DNA of 20,026 nucleotides, taken from the IMG/VR virus record IMGVR_UViG_2695420733_000001. The stretch is one strand, 5' to 3'. This DNA comes from a virus (lineage: Duplodnaviria; Heunggongvirae; Uroviricota; Caudoviricetes). The notes under the pieces are model-generated. The model saw only the letters and a program-made list of their open reading frames with translations, was not told the origin of the DNA and ran no database searches. Shown piece by piece: positions 1-9,229 of the stretch. Numbering within the stretch: position 1 is the first letter of the stretch; every line of letters starts with the position of its first letter. The translations under genes and the position numbers were made by a program.

Positions 1-1
1 T

Positions 2-478
2 CATGGCTTTGATGATATCCCGTTTCAGGAAATCAACATGTCGGTTTTCCAGTTCCGGAAAACGCCGCTGCACCGACAGGGGGATCCCGTCGAGAATACT
101 GGCAATTTCACCTGCGATCCGCGACAGCACGAAAGTACAGAATGCGGTTTCCACCACTTCAGCGGAGTCTCTGGCATTCTTCAGTTCCTGTGCGTCGGCC
201 TGCGCACGCGTAAGTCGATGGCGTTCGTACTCAATAGTCCCTGGCTGGAGATCTGCCTCGCTGGCCTGGCGCAGTTCTTCAACCTCCCGGCGCAGCTTTT
301 CGTTCTCAATTTCAGCATCCCTTTCGGCATACCATTTTATAACGGCAGCAGAGTCATAAAGCACCTCATTACCCTTGCCACCGCCTCGCAGAACGGGCAT
401 TCCCTGTTCCTGCCAGTTCTGAATGGTACGGATACTCGCACCGAAAATGTCAGCCAGCTGCTTTTTGTTGACTTCCAT
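2..478 (-). CDS. nohA: Terminase small subunit (Nu1 homolog, DNA-packaging protein), N-terminal ~159 codons; 3' end runs off the window start
   Basis: Minus-strand ATG at 478; translation MEVNKKQLADIFGASIRTIQNWQEQGMPVLRGGGKGNEVLYDSAAVIKWYAERDAEIENEKLRREVEELRQASEADLQPG...RDIIKAM recognised as lambda Nu1/NohA. No stop before position 1. Absent from the ORF track. Confidence 0.85.
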   Translation of the reverse strand, partial: MEVNKKQLADIFGASIRTIQNWQEQGMPVLRGGGKGNEVLYDSAAVIKWYAERDAEIENEKLRREVEELRQASEADLQPGTIEYERHRLTRAQADAQELKNARDSAEVVETAFCTFVLSRIAGEIASILDGIPLSVQRRFPELENRHVDFLKRDIIKAM

Positions 479-653
479 TGTTCATTCCACGGCCAAAAAC
501 AGAGAAAGGAAACGACAAAGGCCCAAAAGTTCGTTTTCAGCACCTGTCGTTTCCTTTCTTTTCAGGGGGTATTTTAAATAAAAACATTAAGTTACGACGA
601 AGAAGAACGGAAACGCCTTAAACCGGAAAATTTTCATAAATAGCGAAAACCCG

Positions 654-665
654 CGAGGTCGCCGC
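654..665. other. cosN cohesive-end site (AGGTCGCCGCCC = reverse complement of lambda GGGCGGCGACCT); cosB expected between here and the Nu1 start
   Basis: Exact 12-nt lambda cohesive-end sequence on the minus strand, about 175 bp upstream of the Nu1 start, matching lambda geometry. Confidence 0.75.
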
Positions 666-866
666 CCCGTAACCTGTCGGATCACCGGAAAGGACCCGTA
701 AAGTGATAATGATTATCATCTACATATCACAACGTGCGTGGAGGTCATCAAACCACGTCAAATAATCAATTATGACGCAGGTATCGTATTAATTGATCTG
801 CATCAACTTAACGTAAAAACAACTTCAGACAATACAAATCAGCGACACTGAATACGGGGCAACCTC

Positions 867-1100
867 ATGTCAACGAAGAACAGAACCCGCAGAACAACAA
901 CCCGCAACATCCGCTTTCCTAACCAAATGATTGAACAAATTAACATCGCTCTTGAGCAAAAAGGGTCCGGGAATTTCTCAGCCTGGGTCATTGAAGCCTG
1001 CCGCCGGAGACTGTGCTCAGAAAAAAGAGTTTCTTCTGAAGCAAACAAAGAAAAGAGTGACATTACTGAATTGCTCAGAAAACAGGTCAGACCAGATTGA
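867..1100 (+). CDS. ynfO: Small prophage protein, 77 aa, N-terminus looks like a ribbon-helix-helix DNA-binding fold
   Basis: ATG at 867; position just inside cos and upstream of ydfO matches K-12 Qin ynfO. RHH call is from the pattern RNIRFPNQMIEQINIALEQKGSGNFSAWVIEACRRRL only. Confidence 0.6.
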   Translation: MSTKNRTRRTTTRNIRFPNQMIEQINIALEQKGSGNFSAWVIEACRRRLCSEKRVSSEANKEKSDITELLRKQVRPD

Positions 1101-1142
1101 AGCAATTTAGATAATCGTGCAGACTACGCCCCCTCATATCAC

Positions 1143-1568
1143 ATGGACGGTTTATCTATGGATCAGGTAGTCATTTTTAAACAAATATTTGATAAAGTTC
1201 GAAACGATTTAAACTATCAATGGTTTTATTCTGAGCTAAAACGTCACAATGTCTCACATTACATTTACTATTTAGCCACAGAGAATGTTCATATTGTATT
1301 AAAAAATGATAATACAGTGTTATTAAAGGGCCTAAAAAACATTGTGTCTGTCAAATTTTCAAAGGATAGGCATCTTATAGAAACGACCTCTAATAAGCTG
1401 AAATCCAGAGAGATCACATTTCAGGAATACAGAAGAAACCTTGCTAAAGCAGGAGTTTTTCGGTGGGTTACAAATATCCACGAACAAAAAAGATATTACT
1501 ATACCTTTGATAATTCATTACTATTTACTGAAAGCATCCAGAAAACTACACAGATCTTACCACGCTAA
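1143..1568 (+). CDS. ydfO: Qin prophage protein YdfO-like, 141 aa
   Basis: ATG-initiated 141-aa ORF; length and position between ynfO and gnsB match K-12 ydfO. Confidence 0.7.
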
Positions 1569-1719
1569 ACCATAACGTCCGGCTTCTCTCACTCCTGAGC
1601 CGGTCTGCATTGGTTTAATAAAAACCATCAACAATTGTGATTTAGATATTCGGAACCATTCAAATATAACAAAACCCCGTAAAAACGAGGTTTATGGATA
1701 AATTTTATTATTGAATACA

Positions 1720-1896
1720 TCAGATTAAATTAATCTTGACATCATAGCTTTCAAGACCCGTCATTTTTTCCCGTGCGGTAAACTGAATACTGGTAACTTC
1801 TTTCCCGGTCTTTTTCTTAAGTTCAATAATTTTTTTTGTTATATATTCAGAAATATCTGCTTCTGCTTTTGTTTTTAAGTTTTCAATATTCATCAT
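1720..1896 (-). CDS. gnsB: GnsB-like small protein, 58 aa
   Basis: Hand translation MMNIENLKTKAEADISEYITKKIIELKKKTGKEVTSIQFTAREKMTGLESYDVKINLI, close to GnsA/GnsB as recalled. Below the track length cutoff. A single n at 1912 lies just upstream. Confidence 0.75.
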   Translation of the reverse strand: MMNIENLKTKAEADISEYITKKIIELKKKTGKEVTSIQFTAREKMTGLESYDVKINLI

Positions 1897-2064
1897 TTCC
1901 TCTTTTAGTCTNTTATGACTTTCCAGTTACACAGTAAGTCGATTATATGGTGCAAACGTGTAAAAGATAAGATGAAACATCGCAATAATCAACATACGAT
2001 AGTCTAAATTTTACACAAACAGACAAAGAGAATTTTCCTGAATTATCAATGCAATAGCATCAAA

Positions 2065-2220
2065 TCAACTCAAGAGCCTTATTGCTGCTTCCAGAATTTC
2101 TTCTGAAGTAACATGTCGATCCGCGGCTACATAAATGACTTTATGATCTCCGGTCAGAGATGGAAACCCTGCGGCCATTACAGTAAGGTGTGTTTTTTCG
2201 CCATTTGGATATTCACGCAT
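2065..2220 (-). CDS. ynfN: Small Qin prophage protein, 51 aa (open frame extends upstream to 2295, 76 aa, or 2337 with TTG)
   Basis: The Met at 2220 gives exactly 51 aa (MREYPNGEKTHLTVMAAGFPSLTGDHKVIYVAADRHVTSEEILEAAIRLLS), the length I recall for K-12 YnfN. True start uncertain. Confidence 0.5.
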   Translation of the reverse strand: MREYPNGEKTHLTVMAAGFPSLTGDHKVIYVAADRHVTSEEILEAAIRLLS

Positions 2221-2339
2221 GATGGTGTTAACTCCAGTCATCGCTGGCACTACCACTGCTGGTTCAGAGTTAAAAAAAACTATGATTTTTTTCATGATGT
2301 TACCGTAGTATGTGAGTATCCATCGAATAGACACCAAGC

Positions 2340-2368
2340 AAAAAAGCTCCCGAAGGAGCCTTCATTTT
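2340..2368. terminator. Bidirectional rho-independent terminator (stem GCTCC / GGAGC, loop CGAA)
   Basis: Perfect 5-bp GC-rich hairpin with a T-run on the plus strand and a 6-nt A-run before it (T-run on minus strand). Sits between cspI and ynfN. Confidence 0.6.
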
Positions 2369-2566
2369 CACTTTTTTAAATCCAACGACAGACGGCTGGC
2401 ATTTAAGTATTGTGAAATATTATCAAATGTAATCATCATTGATTTACAAAAGATACATTTTGCCCCGAAAGGATTCATGTCAGAAACATCAAAAGATGAT
2501 GTTCTATACTGGGAACCATGACAACACGGGCATCTAAAGTGAATATGGTTTGTAATATTGTCTACC

Positions 2567-2779
2567 TCAAAGCGCCACTACATGAACAGCGGCAGGACCT
2601 TTAGGTCCGTTCTCAATACCAAATTCAACTTCCTGATTCTCAGTTAATGTTTTGAAATCGTTGCTCTGAATTGCTGAGAAATGGACAAACACATCTTTGC
2701 TGCCATCTTTCGGCGTGATGAAACCAAAACCTTTTTCAGGGTTAAACCATTTCACTAAACCAGTCATTTTGTTAGACAT
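2567..2779 (-). CDS. cspI: Cold-shock protein CspI, 70 aa
   Basis: Translation [70 protein letters not shown]; canonical CspA-family RNP motifs KGFGFI and VFVHF. Confidence 0.9.
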   Translation of the reverse strand: MSNKMTGLVKWFNPEKGFGFITPKDGSKDVFVHFSAIQSNDFKTLTENQEVEFGIENGPKGPAAVHVVAL

Positions 2780-3141
2780 AATTATTACCTTTTGAAGAAA
2801 TTAGCCCTTGGGCAGAATGGTCCGAAAAAAAATATCAGAGAGAAAAACCAACAAGGAAATCTCAAGAGGTACAAATAATAAAATTATAACAATGACTGCT
2901 TCAGATAAATTTGTAACAAACCAGAACACCATTAACGCATGATTAACCACCCATAGCAAGGATTACTTTTGTAAAGAAAAACACAGCAATGAAAGAATAG
3001 CTTTATTTATTAATAAAACGTGTCATTCTGATTAAGACCTTTTATCTTACCCTTAAGATTTCAGGAATTTTGGCTCATGGAAGAGTCCTTTTTATTTAAA
3101 TTTTACATTCCGCGATGTAAATGTTCCGATTTAATATTACC

Positions 3142-4165
<1,024 letters not shown>

Positions 4166-4169
<4 letters not shown>

Positions 4170-4477
4170 AGATATTTATGATGAGGACGCTCGTGCTTAT
4201 TGGCAGGATTTTCAATCTTAAAGGAGTACTGATGCTGCAGATAAGACTCAACTTTTTCTGACAATTTTTCTGCTACTTCCAGGAAGACTTGCCGGACGCT
4301 CCTTCTGGCTGCTGCCTCATAAAACTCCAGCGCAGCTCCTTCAACACGGTCCATGGCGACATCCAGGTCAAAAATTTCACCGTCAAAGCGTTCTTTGTCC
4401 TGTAAGGCTACAGTTACCGTAACTTTATTCTCAAAATTACGGACTCCTTTCACAACCAGTTCATAGTCTTGAGTCAT
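4166..4477 (-). CDS. ydfR: Prophage protein YdfR-like, 103 aa, inserted between holin and endolysin
   Basis: ATG at 4477 with SD GAGGAGAG; ATGA overlap with the endolysin start; length and position match K-12 ydfR. Confidence 0.75.
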
Positions 4478-4481
4478 TGGA

Positions 4482-4697
4482 TTACTCTCCTCTCGCAGCC
4501 TTACGCCTGTCTTCTTTAATCTTGAAATAAAGATTTGTCAGATACGTCAGCAGGCCAAAAACCAGGCTACCCAGCACACCGATTGCAGCCCACTGTGACG
4601 GAGTTACTTTATCGAGTAACTGCAATGCCCAGAAACCAGCATTACCCGCCGATGTGCCATAGGCAACACCTGTTGTTAACTTATCCATTGATTTCAT
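4482..4697 (-). CDS. essQ: Class II holin/pinholin with dual-start motif MKSM, 71 aa
   Basis: Met at 4697 with a GAGG SD; a second Met three codons later (M-K-S-M) is the classic holin/antiholin dual start. Two TM segments. The track's 96-aa version is an upstream open-frame extension. Confidence 0.8.
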   Translation of the reverse strand: MKSMDKLTTGVAYGTSAGNAGFWALQLLDKVTPSQWAAIGVLGSLVFGLLTYLTNLYFKIKEDRRKAARGE

Positions 4698-4828
4698 ATC
4701 CTCACCCCGATGTACACGGATGGTGCAATATGTTTGAAAAGATCGGAGTCTACGGGGTAGTTTTGACAGCACACGTTGTTCTCAACGGCGCTAAAAAAAC
4801 ATACACATTAAAAATGTGGGTAATTATT

Positions 4829-4857
4829 TTGAAAGAAAGTCATATATAAAATAATAA
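4829..4857 (+). promoter_or_regulatory. Candidate sigma-70 promoter for ynfU (TTGAAA, 17-nt spacer, TAATAA)
   Basis: Hexamers read directly with 17-bp spacing about 60 nt upstream of the ynfU start. Confidence 0.35.
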
Positions 4858-4916
4858 TACGAGAAATGTTTTCATATTTAGTGTACTGTATACGGCCATT
4901 TATACAGGAAAAGCCT

Positions 4917-5087
4917 ATGTCAGAACGTAAAAACTCAAAATCACGCCGTAATTATCTCGTTAAATGTTCCTGCCCAAACTGCACCCAAGAGTCAGAACAC
5001 AGTTTTTCAAGAGTACAAAAAGGTACCCTTTTGATCTGCCCTCATTGCAACAAAGTATTCCAGACAAATCTTAAAGCTGTAGCCTGA
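4917..5087 (+). CDS. ynfU: Small zinc-ribbon protein with CxxC...CxxC, 56 aa
   Basis: MSERKNSKSRRNYLVKCSCPNCTQESEHSFSRVQKGTLLICPHCNKVFQTNLKAVA; two Cys pairs; length matches K-12 YnfU as recalled. The track's 73-aa ORF is an upstream extension. Confidence 0.65.
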   Translation: MSERKNSKSRRNYLVKCSCPNCTQESEHSFSRVQKGTLLICPHCNKVFQTNLKAVA

Positions 5088-5142
5088 TTGATTTTATTAG
5101 TAACAAGTATTTTTTATATTTTAATAATATATTTAAAGCAGA

Positions 5143-5168
5143 TAATAAAAAACCCGCCTGAGCGGGTT
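5143..5168 (-). terminator. Rho-independent terminator at the end of the cspB transcript (stem AACCCGC / GCGGGTT)
   Basis: 7-bp perfect stem, 4-nt loop, T-run on the minus strand immediately after. Confidence 0.7.
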
Positions 5169-5449
5169 GAGATTGTGGTGCTTTTTGTGGGAGTCATCCA
5201 CTTACGCACTTTGTTTTGCCATGCCAGCAGTTAGCTTCTGCTGTAAAACTATTCATGCAGCAAACCTGCACTTCACCACAATGGTTAGCATACTTTTCCT
5301 GATTAAGATTTTGCCAAATATGCTAGCCATTGTTTCATGTATTGGACCTCCTTACTTTTTATTAAAGAGATCCAATATTCACTACTCTGTCCGTATCTCT
5401 ACTCAGGCATCAGCCTTCTTCGTTATCGTATACAGACGAGCGATGAATT

Positions 5450-5665
5450 TTAATCAGTAATGATGACATTTGCTGCTGCAGGACCTTTAGCACCACTCTC
5501 TATAGAGAAGGTAACCTTTTGACCTTCAAATAAGGTTCGATAATTATCATTCTGAATCGCAGAAAAATGCACAAACACATCTTTACTACCATCAACAGGA
5601 GAAATAAAGCCGAAACCTTTATCAGCGTTAAACCATTTTACTAAACCAGTCATTTTATTTGACAT
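5450..5665 (-). CDS. cspB: Cold-shock protein CspB, 71 aa
   Basis: [71 protein letters not shown]. Confidence 0.9.
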   Translation of the reverse strand: MSNKMTGLVKWFNADKGFGFISPVDGSKDVFVHFSAIQNDNYRTLFEGQKVTFSIESGAKGPAAANVIITD

Positions 5666-5965
5666 TCTACATTCCTTAACTTGAGCCTTTCGGCATAAAT
5701 GGTTTGCATAACAGAAACGACTTCGTACTTAATTGGAGAGACTCAAAGAAGGAATAAGTGAATAACACCTGAAATGAGAACTGCTTTAGTAAACTACTTC
5801 GTATATCGTCTGTTCTTCAAACCGACGCAATCATTAACGCATAGTTGAACATATGAAGCAATGTTTATTTTAGACATCCAGCCATCTTCAACCCCATCAA
5901 AAAACTATAGCTTTCTTCAGGAACGTGTGTATAGTGCGCCAAGTTATCAGTATTAAGGAATTTTT

Positions 5966-6178
5966 TTGTCCCGTAAAATGACAGGAATTGTCAAAACCTT
6001 TGACGGCAAAAGCGGCAAGGGTCTTATCACCCCATCCGATGGTCGTATCGATGTCCAGCTTCATGTTTCAGCGCTCAATCTCCGCGATGCAGAAGAAATT
6101 ACCACCGGATTACGCGTGGAATTTTGCCGGATAAATGGTCTGCGTGGCCCTTCAGCTGCCAATGTTTACCTTTCATGA
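5966..6178 (+). CDS. cspF: Cold-shock protein family member CspF, 70 aa, apparent TTG start
   Basis: [70 protein letters not shown]; divergent from cspB. Confidence 0.85.
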
Positions 6179-6232
6179 GCTATATTAAAGCTTTAATTTC
6201 AGGCCCCATCGGATCACACATGGAGAGTTTTT

Positions 6233-6322
6233 ATGAATAACCCCGTCTGTCTTGATGACTGGTTGATTGGCTTTAAAAGCTTATGCTGTACTTTGGCCGT
6301 AATAGCTCTGCTAATAATATAA
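6233..6322 (+). CDS. Candidate 29-aa hydrophobic small protein ([29 protein letters not shown])
   Basis: ATG 7 nt after GGAGA; one predicted TM helix; between cspF and the late terminator. Speculative. Confidence 0.25.
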
Positions 6323-6467
6323 TAAGCAGACTCATTGTGTTTAGGGACATTGTACTGGAAGAAAACATTTTAAACATCAGGCAAATAACCAAGTCACCAG
6401 CTAAATAATAAGTTAACAGACATGAGTCCCGGGATGAGATTCAACATTACCATTGCCCCATTTAAAG

Positions 6468-6495
6468 CACAAAACCCGCTCATCAGCGGGTTTTC
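6468..6495. terminator. Bidirectional hairpin terminator: tR'-like terminator of the short late transcript (minus strand) and cspF terminator (plus strand)
   Basis: Stem CCCGCT / AGCGGG with loop CATC, flanked by an A-run upstream and a T-run downstream on the plus strand. Confidence 0.7.
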
Positions 6496-6539
6496 TACTT
6501 TTTCTTAACGTCGGGTATACAAAGTCCATCGTTGAAAAA

Positions 6540-6568
6540 ATTTTATCCATATTTTTTGAAAAATGCAA
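6540..6568 (-). promoter_or_regulatory. Late promoter pR' analogue (-35 TTGCAT, 17 bp, -10 TAAAAT) immediately downstream of Q; qut site expected here
   Basis: Near-consensus hexamers on the minus strand at 17-bp spacing, about 35 bp past the Q stop and about 50 nt before the terminator. Confidence 0.65.
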
Positions 6569-6599
6569 ACATCATGTCGCCATCTTCAGCAAAAATCAT

Positions 6600-7352
6600 T
6601 TATCTCGTCACCTTCCTCAATTGCGCTTCCGCGTATGCTTCTTCCTGCCAGCACTTTGTTACCAGTTTACCAATGACGTCCGCATACCCCTTATACCACT
6701 GATAATCGGTCAGGTCTGGTACCAGCTTCTGGACATGACGTCGTGCCAGCGTGGTCGGTAAACGACTAAACCGGTTTCCATTACAACGCCCACAAATCTT
6801 ATATACCGGTACGCCATGAAACCGGGTTCTTTTTTCATCCAGAACAATCCCTTTACCCTTACACCCTCTGCACGCTGTGCTGGCTTCGCCCTTACCATGG
6901 CAATGCTGACATAGTTCCTTCACCCATTCTTCCTTGATTACAGATTCCCCGCGTCTGTAGTGTTTCACCACTTCGCGCAATACATTATAAAATCCCGTAC
7001 CTGAACAATGCTCACAGCGAGCCTTACTTGCCGCAGACCTGGAGTAATCAGCAAAGGCAAAACTCACGAGGTAAGGAATAATCTGTAACCGGATTTCTTC
7101 ACTCAATTTGTTCAATGTCGGGTTATCCAGTGCCATCGCGTAATTTAGCAGGCCTTCAATCGCAAACTGAGGGTCCTGAACACCAACTTTTGCCAGAAAT
7201 AAGGCCAACCCAAGTGGTGCTTTCGACTGCACCATCCCCTGCGCTGCCATTACATCCGTAATTGTTAAACAACCGGTGCCTGTCGCTGGAGCGTCATCGC
7301 TCAATTTTGGAGATTTTGGGGAGTAATATTTTGGTAAGGCTTCAAGGTTCAT
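6600..7352 (-). CDS. quuQ: Late-gene antitermination protein Q, 250 aa from MNLEALPKY
   Basis: Four CxxC pairs (CEHCSGTG, CQHCHGKG, CRGCKGKG, CGRCNGNR); sits just upstream of the late promoter. The track's 260-aa ORF is a 10-codon upstream extension. Confidence 0.8.
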   Translation of the reverse strand: MNLEALPKYYSPKSPKLSDDAPATGTGCLTITDVMAAQGMVQSKAPLGLALFLAKVGVQDPQFAIEGLLNYAMALDNPTLNKLSEEIRLQIIPYLVSFAFADYSRSAASKARCEHCSGTGFYNVLREVVKHYRRGESVIKEEWVKELCQHCHGKGEASTACRGCKGKGIVLDEKRTRFHGVPVYKICGRCNGNRFSRLPTTLARRHVQKLVPDLTDYQWYKGYADVIGKLVTKCWQEEAYAEAQLRKVTR

Positions 7353-7365
7353 GCTCGTTCTCCAC

Positions 7366-8415
7366 TTACGCCAGTACGCCAATTGCCAGCGCGCGATCGA
7401 TAAAACGAAATATCAGCTCCAGTTGGGAGCCATACTTATCTTCAAATGCCACTGTATCCGTATGCAGCTCGTTGTGATGCTTTCTGCACAAAGGCAACAC
7501 AAAGAGATCATGTGCTTTTGTTCCCATTCCGCCCTGCCCGTGACCAATCAGATGATGCGGATCGTCGGCTGGCATACCGCAGCAAGCACACGGCTGTGTC
7601 TTAACCCAACGTGTGTATTTCTCCTTAACCCAGCGGCGACGTTTAGGCAGCTTCATGAAAGATTCCGGAGACTCTGGATCAACGGTGATGCTTACCACCG
7701 TCTTTTCCTGTGGTGATTTTTGTTGCTGGTGGGCGTAAGGCAACGGTGCAAGATTTTTTGTGCGTTGTTTCAATATGCTGGTGGCGGTCTGCTCTCCCGG
7801 TACGATGTCGCTTTCGCGGTACACCGAGCAGATTTTTTCCGCTGGTAATCCCAGCGAACGACGCGATACAGCCTCAGGTAGTGCATCCACCACCTGATTG
7901 CAGACCGCCCACCAGGATAATTCAGCCAAAGATAATTCCCGCTCCTGCGTACCGCTTATTGCGTGACGGATGACGTCAATCACCCATGCTGTCAGATTTT
8001 GTTGAGCAAGCAGCTCCAGTGATTCCGATGTCTGGTCACGCAGTTGGTTGTCGCAGTGCCAGCACAGCACCATTGCGCCGGTACCATAACGGTGAATGAC
8101 TGTTTCAGTGTGATGGTAATCGCCATTAGGCCACTGGCAGGATGTAACATGACGTAATAGCCAGTCGGACAATGCGCCAACGCCGCCAGCAGCACGAATC
8201 ACCCGTTCGTTACTAAAAAACGGCAGCAATGTTTTGTCTTCCGCCAGCGGCTGGCGAACGGCAGGAACGACTCCGGATGGCAGATTACGCATGCTTTTTG
8301 GTTCCGGTTCCACCAGCACTCGAGGATTATGAAATATCTGTATGGATTCACGGCCCGGCTTAAGGACCACCAGCCCAAGCTCAGGCACCAGAACAGGTCT
8401 AAGTAATACCCGCAC
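7366..8415 (-). CDS. ydfU: YdfU-like protein with a C-terminal Cys/His-rich HNH-like motif, 349 aa from the GTG at 8415 (the frame is open to 8454)
   Basis: C-terminus PCACCGMPADDPHHLIGHGQGGMGTKAHDLFVLPLCRKHHNELH; the GTG at 8415 gives 349 aa (K-12 YdfU length as recalled) and abuts the stop of the upstream ORF. Confidence 0.7.
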   Translation of the reverse strand: MRVLLRPVLVPELGLVVLKPGRESIQIFHNPRVLVEPEPKSMRNLPSGVVPAVRQPLAEDKTLLPFFSNERVIRAAGGVGALSDWLLRHVTSCQWPNGDYHHTETVIHRYGTGAMVLCWHCDNQLRDQTSESLELLAQQNLTAWVIDVIRHAISGTQERELSLAELSWWAVCNQVVDALPEAVSRRSLGLPAEKICSVYRESDIVPGEQTATSILKQRTKNLAPLPYAHQQQKSPQEKTVVSITVDPESPESFMKLPKRRRWVKEKYTRWVKTQPCACCGMPADDPHHLIGHGQGGMGTKAHDLFVLPLCRKHHNELHTDTVAFEDKYGSQLELIFRFIDRALAIGVLA

Positions 8416-8416
8416 G

Positions 8417-8695
8417 TTACCTCCAGATCCGTTGCTGGAAAGTGCGGGACGCACGTGGTGGGCGTTCGGAATAAGGCAGCCTGACAGAGATTATCCAGTG
8501 CCGATAGTCGAGACTGAGAGCTTTCTTAACCTCGAACCCGCGCCTGCGGTAAGAATGAATCAGCCATTCGGCCTGTTCTGCAGTGCATGGAGGGTGCTGG
8601 AACCATTCAGACTTGAATGCGTGAGAATACCGCCCGTGCGTGCAGGCAAGAACGGGCGAATTATCAGAATTGTAATATTTTGCGTTGCGTGCCAT
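8417..8695 (-). CDS. Hypothetical 92-aa Cys/His-containing protein, apparently translationally coupled to ydfU
   Basis: ATG at 8695 with GGAG 8 nt upstream; MARNAKYYNSDNSPVLACTHGRYSHAFKSEWFQHPPCTAEQAEWLIHSYRRRGFEVKK.... Not matched to a K-12 Qin gene from memory. Confidence 0.55.
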   Translation of the reverse strand: MARNAKYYNSDNSPVLACTHGRYSHAFKSEWFQHPPCTAEQAEWLIHSYRRRGFEVKKALSLDYRHWIISVRLPYSERPPRASRTFQQRIWR

Positions 8696-8761
8696 CGGTT
8701 TTCTCCGGTGGCACGGTGTTACTCAGCGGGAGTTCAGCCCCGCGCAAGATTGTAGATGAGT

Positions 8762-9013
8762 TTATTCTCCTGAAAAAGCAGAAAAGCCAGCTTTTATTCC
8801 GATCTCTTTCAATGCCTGTAATGAAGTGACAAACTCACCTTCGCGCAAGATAAATCCGTCCGTGACCCGAGCATCCACAAAATTAATTAACGCAGCCCCA
8901 TTCTTTCGCAAACACATAATGCGGTAATGACTAACAAGATTTCCATTTTCAACGCACACAGCATAGAGGCCATCTTCACAAAAAATTTTACGCAGTTCTT
9001 CGATGTTCATCAT
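8762..9013 (-). CDS. rem: Small prophage protein, 83 aa; assigned as rem by position (next to hokD) and length only
   Basis: ATG at 9013 with GGAAGG upstream; MMNIEELRKIFCEDGLYAVCVENGNLVSHYRIMCLRKNGAALINFVDARVTDGFILREGEFVTSLQALKEIGIKAGFSAFSGE. Confidence 0.5.
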   Translation of the reverse strand: MMNIEELRKIFCEDGLYAVCVENGNLVSHYRIMCLRKNGAALINFVDARVTDGFILREGEFVTSLQALKEIGIKAGFSAFSGE

Positions 9014-9129
9014 CAGAATCCTTCCGGATAATTAGCTCTCCCCTTTAAGGGACCATCCCTCTTATCCCTGCGCGCTACTTAAGTATTTTTGATTCTATTC
9101 CGGCACCGTCCAGAACTTCAAACGCGTTG

Positions 9130-9160
9130 AAAATAAAAACAAAAACCCGCCGAAGCGGGT
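9130..9160 (-). terminator. Rho-independent terminator of the relB-relE-hokD operon
   Basis: Stem ACCCGC / GCGGGT with loop CGAA; T-run follows on the minus strand. About 70 nt past the hokD stop. Confidence 0.65.
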
Positions 9161-9229
9161 TAAGTGCGGGTGCGTTGAGGATGCCTGCCACATCAGAGGT
9201 GGCGAGGGATTTCTCCCCCGCCGGGTCTC

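Noticed and set aside
3-577. Plus-strand track ORFs 3..359 and 38..577 (118 and 179 aa)
   Set aside because: They are antisense to the Nu1 gene, whose minus-strand translation is unmistakable. Composition is Ser/Arg-rich with no ribosome-binding site.
5167-5460. Plus-strand ORF 5167..5460 (97 aa)
   Set aside because: Lies in the cspB 3' region and begins inside the terminator; Cys/Phe-rich junk-like translation with no SD.
6710-7716. ORFs 6710..6898 (-), 7262..7477 (+), 7351..7716 (+), 7710..7973 (+), 7992..8195 (-)
   Set aside because: Alternative-frame or antisense ORFs inside quuQ and ydfU.
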